Assembly: GCA_022820025.1 (NCBI GenBank) | Contig: JAJEGF010000011.1 | Span: forward strand, 25,933-89,932 | DNA length: 64,000 bases | Source: Chloroflexota bacterium | GTDB taxonomy: Bacteria; Chloroflexota; UBA11872 | Direction of reading: 5' to 3' | Shown: piece after piece, positions 46,828 through 56,529 of the stretch | Layout: every line of letters starts with the position of its first letter | Numbering within the stretch: position 1 is the first letter of the stretch | Notes under the pieces: model-generated | What the model was told of the DNA's origin: nothing | The model's database searches: none | The model's input: only the letters and a program-made list of their open reading frames with translations | Program-made: the position numbers and the translations under genes

Positions 46828-49347
46828 TCAGCCGCAGTCTGCCCGCACCTCGACTGGCAGCTTGATCTCCCCGAACCACGAATCCTCGACCATCCCCAGC
46901 GTGAGTAGATAAGCGCCCGGTCCGGACGGCGCCTCAACGCCCCCCTCGAAGGCCATTCCCGATCCCGTCCCGATTCCTGCCGCTCGCGGCGTTTGCACTT
47001 GCAGCAGCCGCCCTTCCAGGTCCTCCAGTCGTTGCAGGATGAAGCGGTCGTCCGCCGTCGACCAGCGAAACCCGAGCAAATGATCCTGGCCCCACGGCTC
47101 GGCGCCAACATTCACCGCCTGCACCTGGGCCAGCGTGGTCGTTCCCGCGCGCAGGCAGGTCGGCAGCTTCAGGATGCGAAACTCCGCGGCAAGGGCGGAG
47201 AGCGCGTCTTCACTAGAAGCGCGAACCTCGACGTCCATCGATGCCTCCGGTGCATCGTCAATCACCAGCCGCACCCGGTATCGGCCGGGATCCGTAGGCG
47301 ACCGAGTACTAATCAGCTCAAGCGCCGGAGCCATCGCTCCGGCGGCGATCACCGGCGGCAGCCGTAGCCGGACGTCCTTCCGAACAGTCTCGCCTCCCCC
47401 CGGCCGCTCCCAGACCAGGACGCCCGATGCGATCCCCCGGGGTGATGCGGGAACCCACGGCCGGTCGGCCGGGTTGGAAAACGTGACCGAAAGGTCGACC
47501 GTGGCCTCCGGCGCTATGTTGGACGCCAATCCCAGCCGCAACCCGACATCGGTCAACGAACTGTTCGGCGGCGTGCTGGGCGGACTCATGTCGATGACAA
47601 CGAACCGCTGCGTCTCGTGCGCCGCCGCCAACGGCTGCACGGTTCGAATGGTCGCCAGCCACGCCTCCGTCTGGTCCGGAGCCAGGTAGTCCCGATCCAA
47701 CACGACCGTTCGAACGCCAAAGCCAACCAGCGCCTCCAGCACGTCCCGCCGGTTCCCGTCATCAGCCCAATACGTCATCCGTCCCAACTGCGACGTGCCG
47801 CGCGGCTCGTATCCCGAATACCCATCCACAATCGGCTGGCGCCCCCCGTTCAGCGTCCACAGGGCGCGCTCGACATTCCGAACCTGGTGCTCGTGAATCC
47901 GTCCAACGTCCAATCCAAGTCGCTCGCCGGCCATTGGAATAAAGGCCACGGGCCCCCCCGGCGCCTCGGCCAGCGCCGCCTGCAGATTCCGGTCGTACGG
48001 AATCGGCGCCCCCGACGTTGGCACGCGAGCGAATTCCAATACGAGAAATCCAAATGCAGCCAATCCCACCGCCCCGGCTGCCCAACTCCCCAACCGCGGC
48101 CACCGCATCAGCCGGTCCAACGCAATGGCCCCGAGCAAAGCCATCGCCAGCACCATCCCAACGGCCAGGAACTGGGGATTCCGCATCGCGGCGAATCCCG
48201 GAACAAGCGCGTACGCGGCGGCAAAGGGCAGTCGTATGCCGGTCGCTTCGCCGTTCCACCAGAGTTCCGGCCCCAGCGTCAGGCCGAACATCAACAGCCC
48301 GCTGAACCCCAATCCAAGGACCACCGCCCGCAGCCGGGGCGTCGCGGCGCCGGCTGCCAGTCCCACGCACGCGAGTACCGCCGGTACCAGGGCCGGAAAG
48401 CTGACGCCGAATTCTTCAATGCGTTCGACAGCCGCCCGATACCAGTAATGCGAGCGCGCCGCCACCGGCAGGTAGTCCGGCAGTCGCGCGCTCAGCTGCC
48501 GGGCCTCGTCAATCGTTCGAACCTCCTGGTTGTCCATCCAGAAGCCGAGATAGCCGGCCAGCAGCGGAACGAACGGCAGGGCGCCAACCGCCGTGCCCGC
48601 GACCGCCTGCACCGCCAGCCGTCGGTCCACCGCCGGCAGGCGTCTGAAAGCCACCGCGGCGCCAATCAGCACAAGCAACGTGACCAGCGCGATAAATCCC
48701 AGGTACACGCCGGTCGCGAATTGGATGAACACGCAAACCCAGGCCCCGCTGAACGTCCACCAGGTCGGCCGCCGCAGAAACGCGAACCAGAACGCCAGCG
48801 TCAGCGGCGTCCACCAGGCCATCAACAGGTGGTGGTATTGGAAAAACTCCTGCGAAATCGGCGCAAACCCAAACACAAACCCGGCCAGGACGGCCGGCGC
48901 CCACCGGCCCAGCAGAACCCAGGCCGCCGCCGCCGCGGCCGCCGCATTCAGGACCGGGCTGGCGATGGTGAGCACGTTGATGCCCACTCCGGGCCCGAAC
49001 AGCGTCGCCACCGGCACATACACCGGCAGTCCGCCCAGCAGCAGGTGCGTATAGAACACCGAATCGCCCATGCCGTAGTACATGAGGCCCTCAAAGAACC
49101 GCAGCGGCTCGCTGAACAGCGCCACCCGCGCCCACTCCATCGAATACAGGAACAGCACGTTGTCCTTGTGCCCCAGGTGAAACTGGTCGCCCGGCAGCGG
49201 CGGCAGAGTGGCCAGGGCCGCCGCGATATACAGCGTCGCGGCGGCGGCCACCTGTACGGGCCACCTGATCCGCCGGTCGGCGAATAAGCTCAGCCCCGGC
49301 ACGCGCTGCGTCGTGACTTGACTATTGGGCTCTGTGATGTGGTCCAT
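46828..49347 (-). CDS. Large polytopic membrane protein with C-terminal soluble beta-rich domains (GT-C glycosyltransferase-like)
   Basis: About 12 hydrophobic segments, early loop Asp (HKDN), VPGFAAMR and VDGYSGY; Ig-like tail motifs PGRYRVRL and GPGAYLLTL; start uncertain. Confidence 0.7.
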   Translation of the reverse strand: MDHITEPNSQVTTQRVPGLSLFADRRIRWPVQVAAAATLYIAAALATLPPLPGDQFHLGHKDNVLFLYSMEWARVALFSEPLRFFEGLMYYGMGDSVFYTHLLLGGLPVYVPVATLFGPGVGINVLTIASPVLNAAAAAAAAWVLLGRWAPAVLAGFVFGFAPISQEFFQYHHLLMAWWTPLTLAFWFAFLRRPTWWTFSGAWVCVFIQFATGVYLGFIALVTLLVLIGAAVAFRRLPAVDRRLAVQAVAGTAVGALPFVPLLAGYLGFWMDNQEVRTIDEARQLSARLPDYLPVAARSHYWYRAAVERIEEFGVSFPALVPAVLACVGLAAGAATPRLRAVVLGLGFSGLLMFGLTLGPELWWNGEATGIRLPFAAAYALVPGFAAMRNPQFLAVGMVLAMALLGAIALDRLMRWPRLGSWAAGAVGLAAFGFLVLEFARVPTSGAPIPYDRNLQAALAEAPGGPVAFIPMAGERLGLDVGRIHEHQVRNVERALWTLNGGRQPIVDGYSGYEPRGTSQLGRMTYWADDGNRRDVLEALVGFGVRTVVLDRDYLAPDQTEAWLATIRTVQPLAAAHETQRFVVIDMSPPSTPPNSSLTDVGLRLGLASNIAPEATVDLSVTFSNPADRPWVPASPRGIASGVLVWERPGGGETVRKDVRLRLPPVIAAGAMAPALELISTRSPTDPGRYRVRLVIDDAPEASMDVEVRASSEDALSALAAEFRILKLPTCLRAGTTTLAQVQAVNVGAEPWGQDHLLGFRWSTADDRFILQRLEDLEGRLLQVQTPRAAGIGTGSGMAFEGGVEAPSGPGAYLLTLGMVEDSWFGEIKLPVEVRADCG

Positions 49348-49458
49348 GCCGCAGGGTATCCGCCAATCCCTGGCGACTCGCGCTGTTGCCACAGCCAGGG
49401 CACTGGCGCACAGTGAGGTGCGGTCCGCCTGGATTCGTAGAAATGTGGGGTTGAAGCA

Positions 49459-50895
49459 ATGAGCACTGATGTAACCCACCTCGGCTCGCGCAAACACCTC
49501 TTCATCGATCTCTCGCTCGCCGATCACACTTCCGGCGTCTCACTCGGCGTCAACCCGCCCCGCCTCGGCGGTATCGCCATCGGCCGCGACCGCGCCTGGG
49601 AACACCACATCCACTTCCAGAACACCGTCCTGGACGACAACGGCCTGGGCCGCTGCTGGTATCTCGCCTCCGTCATCCGCAGGGGCCTCGAGTCCGCGCG
49701 CTTTGGCTACGCCGAATCCGAGGACGGACGCCACTGGCGCAAACCCAACCTCGGCCTGGTCGAGCTCAACGGCCGCCGCGACATGAACATCATCCCGCCC
49801 AAGCCCAAGCGCTCCAACGTCTTCATCGACCCCACGGCCCCGTCCTCCGAGCGATACAAGACCTTCGGCCTCAGCCTTGAGGACGATCCCGGAGACGTCG
49901 GCTACGGCGTCTTCGCCTCGCCCGACGGCTACGTCTTTCGCGAACTCGGCTGCAACGGCATCCGGCGCGCCGGCGACACCCAGAACATGGCCTTCTGGGA
50001 CGACCGCATCGGACGCTACGTCGCCTACTTCCGCGGCTTCTCCCACCATCCCGATGGCCGCCGCCGCCGCGCCGTGGCCCGCTGGGAAACCGACGACCTC
50101 ACCAGCCGTGAGGGCTGGGACCTGTCGAACGAGGAGAGCGACCGCCACATCATCGAGCAGTTGCCCATCGTCATCGCCTGCGACGACGACGATCCGCCCG
50201 ACATGGACATCTACACCCCGTCCGTCGTCAAGTACCCCGGCGCCGACGACGTCTACCTGGCCACCATGTCCATGTACCACCACTTCACGCCCGACGAGAT
50301 GGACGATGTCGATCCGCCCCGCAACGACGGCCTCATGGACATCCAGCTGGCCGTCAGTCGCGACGGCATCTCCTGGGACCGCCCCGACCGCCGGCCCTAC
50401 GTCGGCATCGATGCCGAAGGCCCCGGCCAGCGCATGTGCTACGCCGTCCAGGGCCTCCTCGTCCGCGGCGACACCGTGCTCCAGTACCACACCGCCTACG
50501 ACCAATCCCACGGCCACAAGCGCCAGAACAACCCCGGCGGCGTCATTCGCTGGACCGAGCAGCGCCTCGACGGCTTCGTCAGCGCCAACTTCCCCTACAC
50601 CGGCGGCGAACTCGTCACCCGTCCGCTCACCCTCGATGGCTCCACTCTGGAACTCAACGTCGACGCCTCCGCGTCCGGCGAGGGCCGGGTCGAAATCCAG
50701 GACGCCGAAGGTCGGCCCCTGCCCGGACGCACCCTCGCCGACTGCGACCGCATCCTCGGCAACTACCTCCGCCACCCAGTCTCCTGGGGCGGCGACACCA
50801 ACCTCGGCGTCCCGCCCGGCGCCCCCATCCGCCTCCGCTTCACCCTCCGCGGCGCCCGCCTCTTCGCCCTGCAATTCACCGGAGCAAGCGTCTAG
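49459..50895 (+). CDS. Uncharacterised beta-propeller hydrolase-like protein (paralogue 4)
   Basis: KHLFID, YAESEDGRHWRKPNLG, GDTQN, IQLAVSRDG, RLDGF and IRLRF. Confidence 0.85.
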   Translation: MSTDVTHLGSRKHLFIDLSLADHTSGVSLGVNPPRLGGIAIGRDRAWEHHIHFQNTVLDDNGLGRCWYLASVIRRGLESARFGYAESEDGRHWRKPNLGLVELNGRRDMNIIPPKPKRSNVFIDPTAPSSERYKTFGLSLEDDPGDVGYGVFASPDGYVFRELGCNGIRRAGDTQNMAFWDDRIGRYVAYFRGFSHHPDGRRRRAVARWETDDLTSREGWDLSNEESDRHIIEQLPIVIACDDDDPPDMDIYTPSVVKYPGADDVYLATMSMYHHFTPDEMDDVDPPRNDGLMDIQLAVSRDGISWDRPDRRPYVGIDAEGPGQRMCYAVQGLLVRGDTVLQYHTAYDQSHGHKRQNNPGGVIRWTEQRLDGFVSANFPYTGGELVTRPLTLDGSTLELNVDASASGEGRVEIQDAEGRPLPGRTLADCDRILGNYLRHPVSWGGDTNLGVPPGAPIRLRFTLRGARLFALQFTGASV

Positions 50896-51096
50896 CTGGC
50901 TGGTGTGGCTCTGCTCCGAACGACCCTGCGCCGTCGCGCCGCGAGATCGAGTCAGTGGCTCCACCGCCCGGCTCGCTGAGCTACGACGCTCCCCGGGTTA
51001 ATCGAGTTCTGGATTCCTCGTAGTCAGCCTGGCCAGTGAACCATCTGCCCAGTGGCGTGCATTGGGACCGTTCAGCTGGACTCGGCGACACCGGCG

Positions 51097-51516
51097 CTAT
51101 GGGCAAGCAAATCGGGTCAGGATGACTCCCATCAGGGCACGGTCTGCCAGCACCTCGGCAAATCGCTCTCGGCCCTCGTCAGTGCGGTAATCGGGCGGCG
51201 GAGATGTCCTGACTGAACCGTCCCGATTCAGGTACAGGTGGGACCCGGAATCCAGGTCGGTCAGAATCACGGAGGCGACAAATTCGGCGGGCGGAACAGG
51301 CCGGCAATGCGGCGCGTGCCACACGTGGATATCGCCATCGACCACCCGCGTGTTGTAGCCGAAGTCCGTCGGAGTCTGGACTCGTCGCTCGTCCAGGGTC
51401 GGTGTCGGCGGTGGAGGCGGACGAGGAGGTGGTGTCTCGCCACACCCACTGACCGTCAGCGGCAACAGGCTGGCGGCCAGCACGACAACAATCCACATGC
51501 GACGGCGCGACTTCAT
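51097..51516 (-). CDS. Hypothetical lipoprotein with a proline-rich linker
   Basis: MKSRRR, hydrophobic core and lipobox VSGC, then PPPRPPPPPTPT. Confidence 0.7.
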   Translation of the reverse strand: MKSRRRMWIVVVLAASLLPLTVSGCGETPPPRPPPPPTPTLDERRVQTPTDFGYNTRVVDGDIHVWHAPHCRPVPPAEFVASVILTDLDSGSHLYLNRDGSVRTSPPPDYRTDEGRERFAEVLADRALMGVILTRFACP

Positions 51517-51592
51517 GACCGTCCTGCGCGGCTCCACCCCGGTCTCGGGTTCCTCGTCGCGACGTGCCTCAGTAGTCCGCGGACCAGTCCGT

Positions 51593-53197
51593 TCACGCGC
51601 CCGGACCCGGCCCACGCCCCCGTAGCGGCACCTCCCGCAGAAAAATCGTCACCACAAAGGCAATCCCCAACGCCGCCGCCACCACCACGAAAACCGAGCT
51701 AATCGCCGACGCCAGCGTCTCCCGCAGCGCGCCAAGCAACTCGTCCAAAACTGCCGCACCCTGCGGCCCCCGCTCGGCAATCCCGGCCCGCAACGCCTCC
51801 AGCGCCTGCGGATTCACCAGTGCCTGTGGGTTCTCCTCCATCTGCGCCAGCTGCTCCGCCGGCACCGCCTGCCGGATGGCTGGAGGCAGCGCCTCCTGCA
51901 GTCCCGCCGCAAACCGGTTCGCCATGAACGATCCCAGCACCGCCAGCCCCAGCGCCCCGCCGATCGACCTGTAGAACTGCGTCGCCGACGTCACCGCCCC
52001 CAACTGGCCCATCGGCGCGGCGTTCTGCACCGCGATCGTGAAGCTCGGGAACGTCATCCCCAGCCCCAGCCCCGTCACCATGATGCTGGCCACCGCCTGC
52101 CCGAACGACGTGTCGGCCGTCATTCGCGAGATCATCACCATGCCCCCGGCCATGACCCCGATCCCCATCAGCCCTTGCAGCCGGTAATGCCCGCCCAGCC
52201 GCGACAGCGCCTGGCCCGACAGCGTGGCGGCCACCACCATGCTCATCATCATCGGCGTCATGAAGGAGCCGCTGCTCGTGGCCGAAGCCCCCAGCACACC
52301 CTGGAAAAACAGCGGGATGAAGATGATCGACCCGAACATCGCGAACCCCGTGATGAACACGGCCACCAGTGAGATGCTCACCACCCGGTTCGTGTAGATC
52401 CCCAGCGGCATGATCGGATCCGCCGCCCGCCGCTCCACCGCGACGAAGATCACCGTCATCACCGCCGCGAACACCAGGATCCCCACGATTTGCAGCGATA
52501 CCCACTCGTACTGCACCCCGCCCAGCGACAGCCCGATCAGCAGCGGCACCACCACCAGCACCAGCAGCGCCATCCCTGCGTAGTCCAGCCGATAGCTGCG
52601 CTTCTCGGGCCGCGTGTTCGGGAAAAACCGGATAAACAGCGCGATCACCGGCAGCCCCAGCGGCACATTCACGTAGAACACCCAGTTCCACGACAGCGTG
52701 TCGGTGATGAACCCGCCCAGCGTCGGACCGATCACCGACGACAGCCCGAACACCGACGCCACGATCCCCTGGTACTTGCCGCGCTCCGCCGGCGGAAACA
52801 GGTCGCCCACGGTCGTGAACGACAGTGCCATCATGCTGCCCCCGCCAATGCCCTGGATGGCCCGGAAGGCGATCAGCTGATCCATCGTCTGGCTCACCCC
52901 CGCCAGCACCGACCCCACCAGGAACACCGCGATTCCGCCCAGGAAAAACGCCTTGCGGCCATACAGGTCCGACAGCCGCCCCACGATCGGAACCGTCGTC
53001 GTCGAAGCCACCAGGTACGCCGTCGTCACCCACGTAAACCGGTCAAACCCGCCCAGGTCCGCAATGATCCGCGGCATCGCCGTGCTCACCACCGTCTGAT
53101 CCAGCGACGCCAGGAAAATCGCCAGCATCAACCCGCCCATCGTCAACACCACCTGCCGCCGCGGCAGCGGCGCGGGCGCCGCAGGGTTGCTTGCCAT
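51593..53197 (-). CDS. MFS transporter, DHA2 (EmrB/QacA) family
   Basis: LDQTVVSTAMP, GRLSDLYGRK, RAIQGIGGG, GPTLGG and WVFYVNVP. Confidence 0.93.
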   Translation of the reverse strand: MASNPAAPAPLPRRQVVLTMGGLMLAIFLASLDQTVVSTAMPRIIADLGGFDRFTWVTTAYLVASTTTVPIVGRLSDLYGRKAFFLGGIAVFLVGSVLAGVSQTMDQLIAFRAIQGIGGGSMMALSFTTVGDLFPPAERGKYQGIVASVFGLSSVIGPTLGGFITDTLSWNWVFYVNVPLGLPVIALFIRFFPNTRPEKRSYRLDYAGMALLVLVVVPLLIGLSLGGVQYEWVSLQIVGILVFAAVMTVIFVAVERRAADPIMPLGIYTNRVVSISLVAVFITGFAMFGSIIFIPLFFQGVLGASATSSGSFMTPMMMSMVVAATLSGQALSRLGGHYRLQGLMGIGVMAGGMVMISRMTADTSFGQAVASIMVTGLGLGMTFPSFTIAVQNAAPMGQLGAVTSATQFYRSIGGALGLAVLGSFMANRFAAGLQEALPPAIRQAVPAEQLAQMEENPQALVNPQALEALRAGIAERGPQGAAVLDELLGALRETLASAISSVFVVVAAALGIAFVVTIFLREVPLRGRGPGPGA

Positions 53198-53329
53198 CAG
53201 CCTGTCCGCACCGTAGGGCTCACCTGGATCAAGTCACCATAGTCCGGCCGTCTCCGGTCGGGTACGCGACGAGCGAGAAGTCCATGCCTGGCTTCAACAT
53301 CAGTCCCGGCATGGCGAGAGAGACGGATG

Positions 53330-55054
53330 CTACCGACCCCATGCCCGCGTGGTATATCGCAGTGCCCAAGAACCTATAAGCCCTTCCTGCGGACGAACCC
53401 AGGGCAGCTTCGGCAGGGCGGCCATGAACTCGGCGCGCGGAAGTTGCAGATCGCCGACTGGTACGTCGATCACAACCGGGGCATCACTCGCAAGCGCGCG
53501 TGGAAGCAGGTCTTTCAGGTCCTGCGGATCGTCCGCCCGCATCCCCACCGCTCCAAACGACTCCGTAAACGCCACGAAGTCGGGATTATGCAGGCCGGTC
53601 TCGTAATCGCCTTCAAAGAACTCTTCTAGGTCGCGGGCGACGTTCCCGTAGGCGTCGTCTCGAAAGACAATGCTGGTGACGTTGATGCCGTACCGCACGG
53701 CCGTGGCCAGTTCCACCGCGTTGAACAGGAATCCGCCGTCCCCGTTGACGGAGATCACCGGGCGCCCGGGATGCGCCACCTTTGCCCCCAGCGCCGTGGG
53801 AAATCCGAAGCCGAGGTTGAACGAGTAGCCGGAGTCGATAAACGTCTTCGGCTCGTGCACCTGGTAGTGCGTTCGGGCGTAGTAGCCGAACTGCGTGACG
53901 TCCCACACGATGTGGGTGTCCTCGGGAACGCTGCGTTGCATGGTCTCCAGGATCGGGTAGTGCGGTTCCTTCAGGTGGATGTCCCGGTAGGCAATCAGCC
54001 GTCGCGCGGCCACGACGGCCTCGACGGGTGACGGTCGGTCCCCGGCGTTGGCTGCGTTGAGCAGGGGAAGCAGTGCCTCGATGGTGGCTCTGGCGTCGCC
54101 GTGCAGCGGGCACGTGTTGGCCTGAACTCGCGTGAGCTCCGCCTCATCGATGTTGATATTGATCAGCGTGGAGGCCTCGCCCGCCGGATTACCCAGGGAA
54201 AAGCGCGTGCCAATGCCGATGATCAGGTCGGCCGCTTCCATCACCTCGAAGAGTTGGTTCATCTGGTCGAACTCGCCGTGGTGCGCAAAGCACGAGCCGT
54301 AGGCGAGCGGGTGCCGATCGGGAATGGTGCCCTTGCCGCCGCAAGACGTCACGACTGGGATGTTCGTGGCTTCGGCCAGGCGCACCAGCGCCGCTTCGGC
54401 GTCTGAGCGCGCCACGCCGCCACCCGCGTAGATGACGGGGAGCCGGGACTCCGCAATCAGCCGCGCGGCTTCACGCAGGTGTTCGTGGCTCGGGACGATC
54501 CGCGGCGCCGGCGCCGGGTCTTGCAGCGTCACCTCGTCACGCTCGACCCCGGCCTCGGGCGGAATCTCGATCAGCACTGGATACGGCCGGCCGCTTCGCA
54601 TCTGGCGAAAGGCCTCCGTCACCACCGCCGGAATCTCCTGCGGCGCGAGGGCTGCATGGCGCCATTTGGTGACCGCGCCCACGATGTCCGCCTGCCCCAG
54701 GACCTCGTGATACGTGCCGAAGCCGCCGCCGATCTGTGCCCGCGGGATCTGCCCCGCAATCGCCAGGACCGGCGAGGAGCGCGCGTAGGCGGTGGCCAGG
54801 CCGCTGGCCGCGTTGTACACCCCCGCGCCCGGCACCACCAGCACCACCCCCGGCTTGCCGCTCACTCGCGCGTAACCGTCGGCCATGTGGGCCGCGGCCT
54901 GCTCGTGCCGCGTCGTGATCATCCGGATGCCGGGATGGTCCCGCAGCGCCGCGATGATTCCGGACATGTGAATGCCCGGAATCCCGAACACCACGTCCAC
55001 GCCTTCCCGCACCAGGGAATGGACCAGGGCCTCCCCGCCGCTCATTCTCGGCAC
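53330..55054 (-). CDS. Thiamine pyrophosphate-dependent enzyme (acetolactate synthase-like)
   Basis: GGEALV, VFGIPG, RHEQAAAHMADGYAR, LGFGFPTALGAK and GDGGF; start is GTG 55054 or ATG 55045, not the track's 56440. Confidence 0.9.
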   Translation of the reverse strand: MPRMSGGEALVHSLVREGVDVVFGIPGIHMSGIIAALRDHPGIRMITTRHEQAAAHMADGYARVSGKPGVVLVVPGAGVYNAASGLATAYARSSPVLAIAGQIPRAQIGGGFGTYHEVLGQADIVGAVTKWRHAALAPQEIPAVVTEAFRQMRSGRPYPVLIEIPPEAGVERDEVTLQDPAPAPRIVPSHEHLREAARLIAESRLPVIYAGGGVARSDAEAALVRLAEATNIPVVTSCGGKGTIPDRHPLAYGSCFAHHGEFDQMNQLFEVMEAADLIIGIGTRFSLGNPAGEASTLININIDEAELTRVQANTCPLHGDARATIEALLPLLNAANAGDRPSPVEAVVAARRLIAYRDIHLKEPHYPILETMQRSVPEDTHIVWDVTQFGYYARTHYQVHEPKTFIDSGYSFNLGFGFPTALGAKVAHPGRPVISVNGDGGFLFNAVELATAVRYGINVTSIVFRDDAYGNVARDLEEFFEGDYETGLHNPDFVAFTESFGAVGMRADDPQDLKDLLPRALASDAPVVIDVPVGDLQLPRAEFMAALPKLPWVRPQEGLIGSWALRYTTRAWGR

Positions 55055-55068
55055 CGGGGACCCGCCGA

Positions 55069-56511
55069 TCAGCCGCCGAAGTTCAGCGCATGCAGCCGAA
55101 CCGCGCCGCAGAAGTGAATCCGCAGCCGAACCGCATCCGTCCCCAGCTCGTCCCACCGCCGCTCGGCCCAGGTCACCGGCTCCCGTAGGCCATCGCGGCA
55201 CACGGGCCGGCAATCGTCGCGGCTGAACCCTGCCAGCGGCTCGTCGCCCTCCGCCGGCAGCACTTCCACTTCCACCCAGCTCCGCAACGGCTGCCCATCG
55301 CTGACGTTCAGCGAGAGCCGGTCGCCGCGCTCTTCCGCCGGGAACGGCCGCGTCACTGCAAACCCCGGCGTCTCCCGGTCCACCGACTCCAGGCACGTAA
55401 ACCGGTCCACCCCCAGCGTCGCCAGCCCCATCTGGGACATTCGAATCGCCCCGGTGTTCCGCCAGTGCGAGTCGTCCGGGATATTTCCCCCCGGCCAACT
55501 GGTCCAGGCTTCGTCGTTGCCGCAGTAATACAGGTACAGCCGGTCGTTGTGCTCCACAAGCTTGTCGGCGATCACCAGCGACGCGCTGTCCCAGTCGCCT
55601 CGCGGCCCGCGCCGGATCAGCGGCTGGTGCGGCTGCACCCGGCTGAAGTGCTCCCCGTCCCGGCTCGTCGCCAGCCGAATGTCCGCGCAGTACATCCCGA
55701 ACCGCCCGGTGCCGTTCGGCACGTACCAGCCGTACTCGTACGGCATCACGTACTGCCCGGCATACGCCGCCAGCATCAGGTAATGGTTCTCCTGCTCCAT
55801 CCCGTCGTTGGGATGCAGCACGGGGTTGTGCGCGCTCGCCGTCAGGTGCTCCATGTCCGGCCCGAACGCCAGGTACTTCACCCGCACCCGCTCCGGCCCA
55901 CCTTTGTTGTTCGGCAGCACCCCCTGCCAGATCATCTTCCAGCGCCGGCTGGGATCGGTCTCCTGCTCGTCCTTGATCAGCGCCACGATGTCCGGCGCCC
56001 CCCCGTCCCACTCCGGCAGGTCGATTCGCGCTCCCTCGGTCCAATGGATTCCGTCCGCCGAGTACCCGGCTCGAATCTTCCGCTCCAGCGGAGGCCCCTT
56101 CACGATCATCTTGTAGCGCCGCGCCGGGTCGTCCTCCTCCAGGTCCTTCACCACCGGACCCCAGCCCCGCATGCAGATGTTGTTGTCGCTGCGCCCCCGG
56201 TACTCGTGCAGACCTAGCTTGGGCTTCTCCCAGTGAACCCCGTCCTCGCTGACCGCATACCCCGTGTTCCACCAGCGCTCCACGCTCACGTCCGAGCCCG
56301 CGTACCAGCTCTTGAACAGGCGCTCCTCCTCGTCGTAGAGCACCGTCCGCCCCTCCCACGGACGCGCCTGCAACGAGTCCCACTCGTGGTGATCGCCTAA
56401 TGGCAGCACCGGGTTGTTCGGATGCTTCTCCGCCTCGCAAACCGCATGAACCACGTTATGCCGCGACTCCACGTCATCCAGGTCCAGGAAGAGCAGGCGA
56501 CGCTCACTCAT
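55069..56511 (-). CDS. Uncharacterised beta-propeller hydrolase-like protein (paralogue 5)
   Basis: RLLFLD, KHPNNPVL, SEDGVHWEKPKLG, EQENHYL and YEYGWYVPNG. Confidence 0.85.
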   Translation of the reverse strand: MSERRLLFLDLDDVESRHNVVHAVCEAEKHPNNPVLPLGDHHEWDSLQARPWEGRTVLYDEEERLFKSWYAGSDVSVERWWNTGYAVSEDGVHWEKPKLGLHEYRGRSDNNICMRGWGPVVKDLEEDDPARRYKMIVKGPPLERKIRAGYSADGIHWTEGARIDLPEWDGGAPDIVALIKDEQETDPSRRWKMIWQGVLPNNKGGPERVRVKYLAFGPDMEHLTASAHNPVLHPNDGMEQENHYLMLAAYAGQYVMPYEYGWYVPNGTGRFGMYCADIRLATSRDGEHFSRVQPHQPLIRRGPRGDWDSASLVIADKLVEHNDRLYLYYCGNDEAWTSWPGGNIPDDSHWRNTGAIRMSQMGLATLGVDRFTCLESVDRETPGFAVTRPFPAEERGDRLSLNVSDGQPLRSWVEVEVLPAEGDEPLAGFSRDDCRPVCRDGLREPVTWAERRWDELGTDAVRLRIHFCGAVRLHALNFGG

Positions 56512-56529
56512 GCCGGCATCCCCAATCCA

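Noticed and set aside
47617-50964. Long antisense ORFs (47617-49287 and 49540-50964; likewise 3490-4698 and 56422-58068)
   Set aside because: They mirror well-supported genes on the opposite strand, have low-complexity composition and show no motifs; this is expected at high GC.
55055-56440. 1036-aa ORF suggesting a large N-terminal fusion to the TPP enzyme
   Set aside because: The extension is a G/A/R-rich alternate frame over the propeller gene. The same shadow frame is open in paralogues (36885-37718, 39964-40749), so it reflects codon bias.
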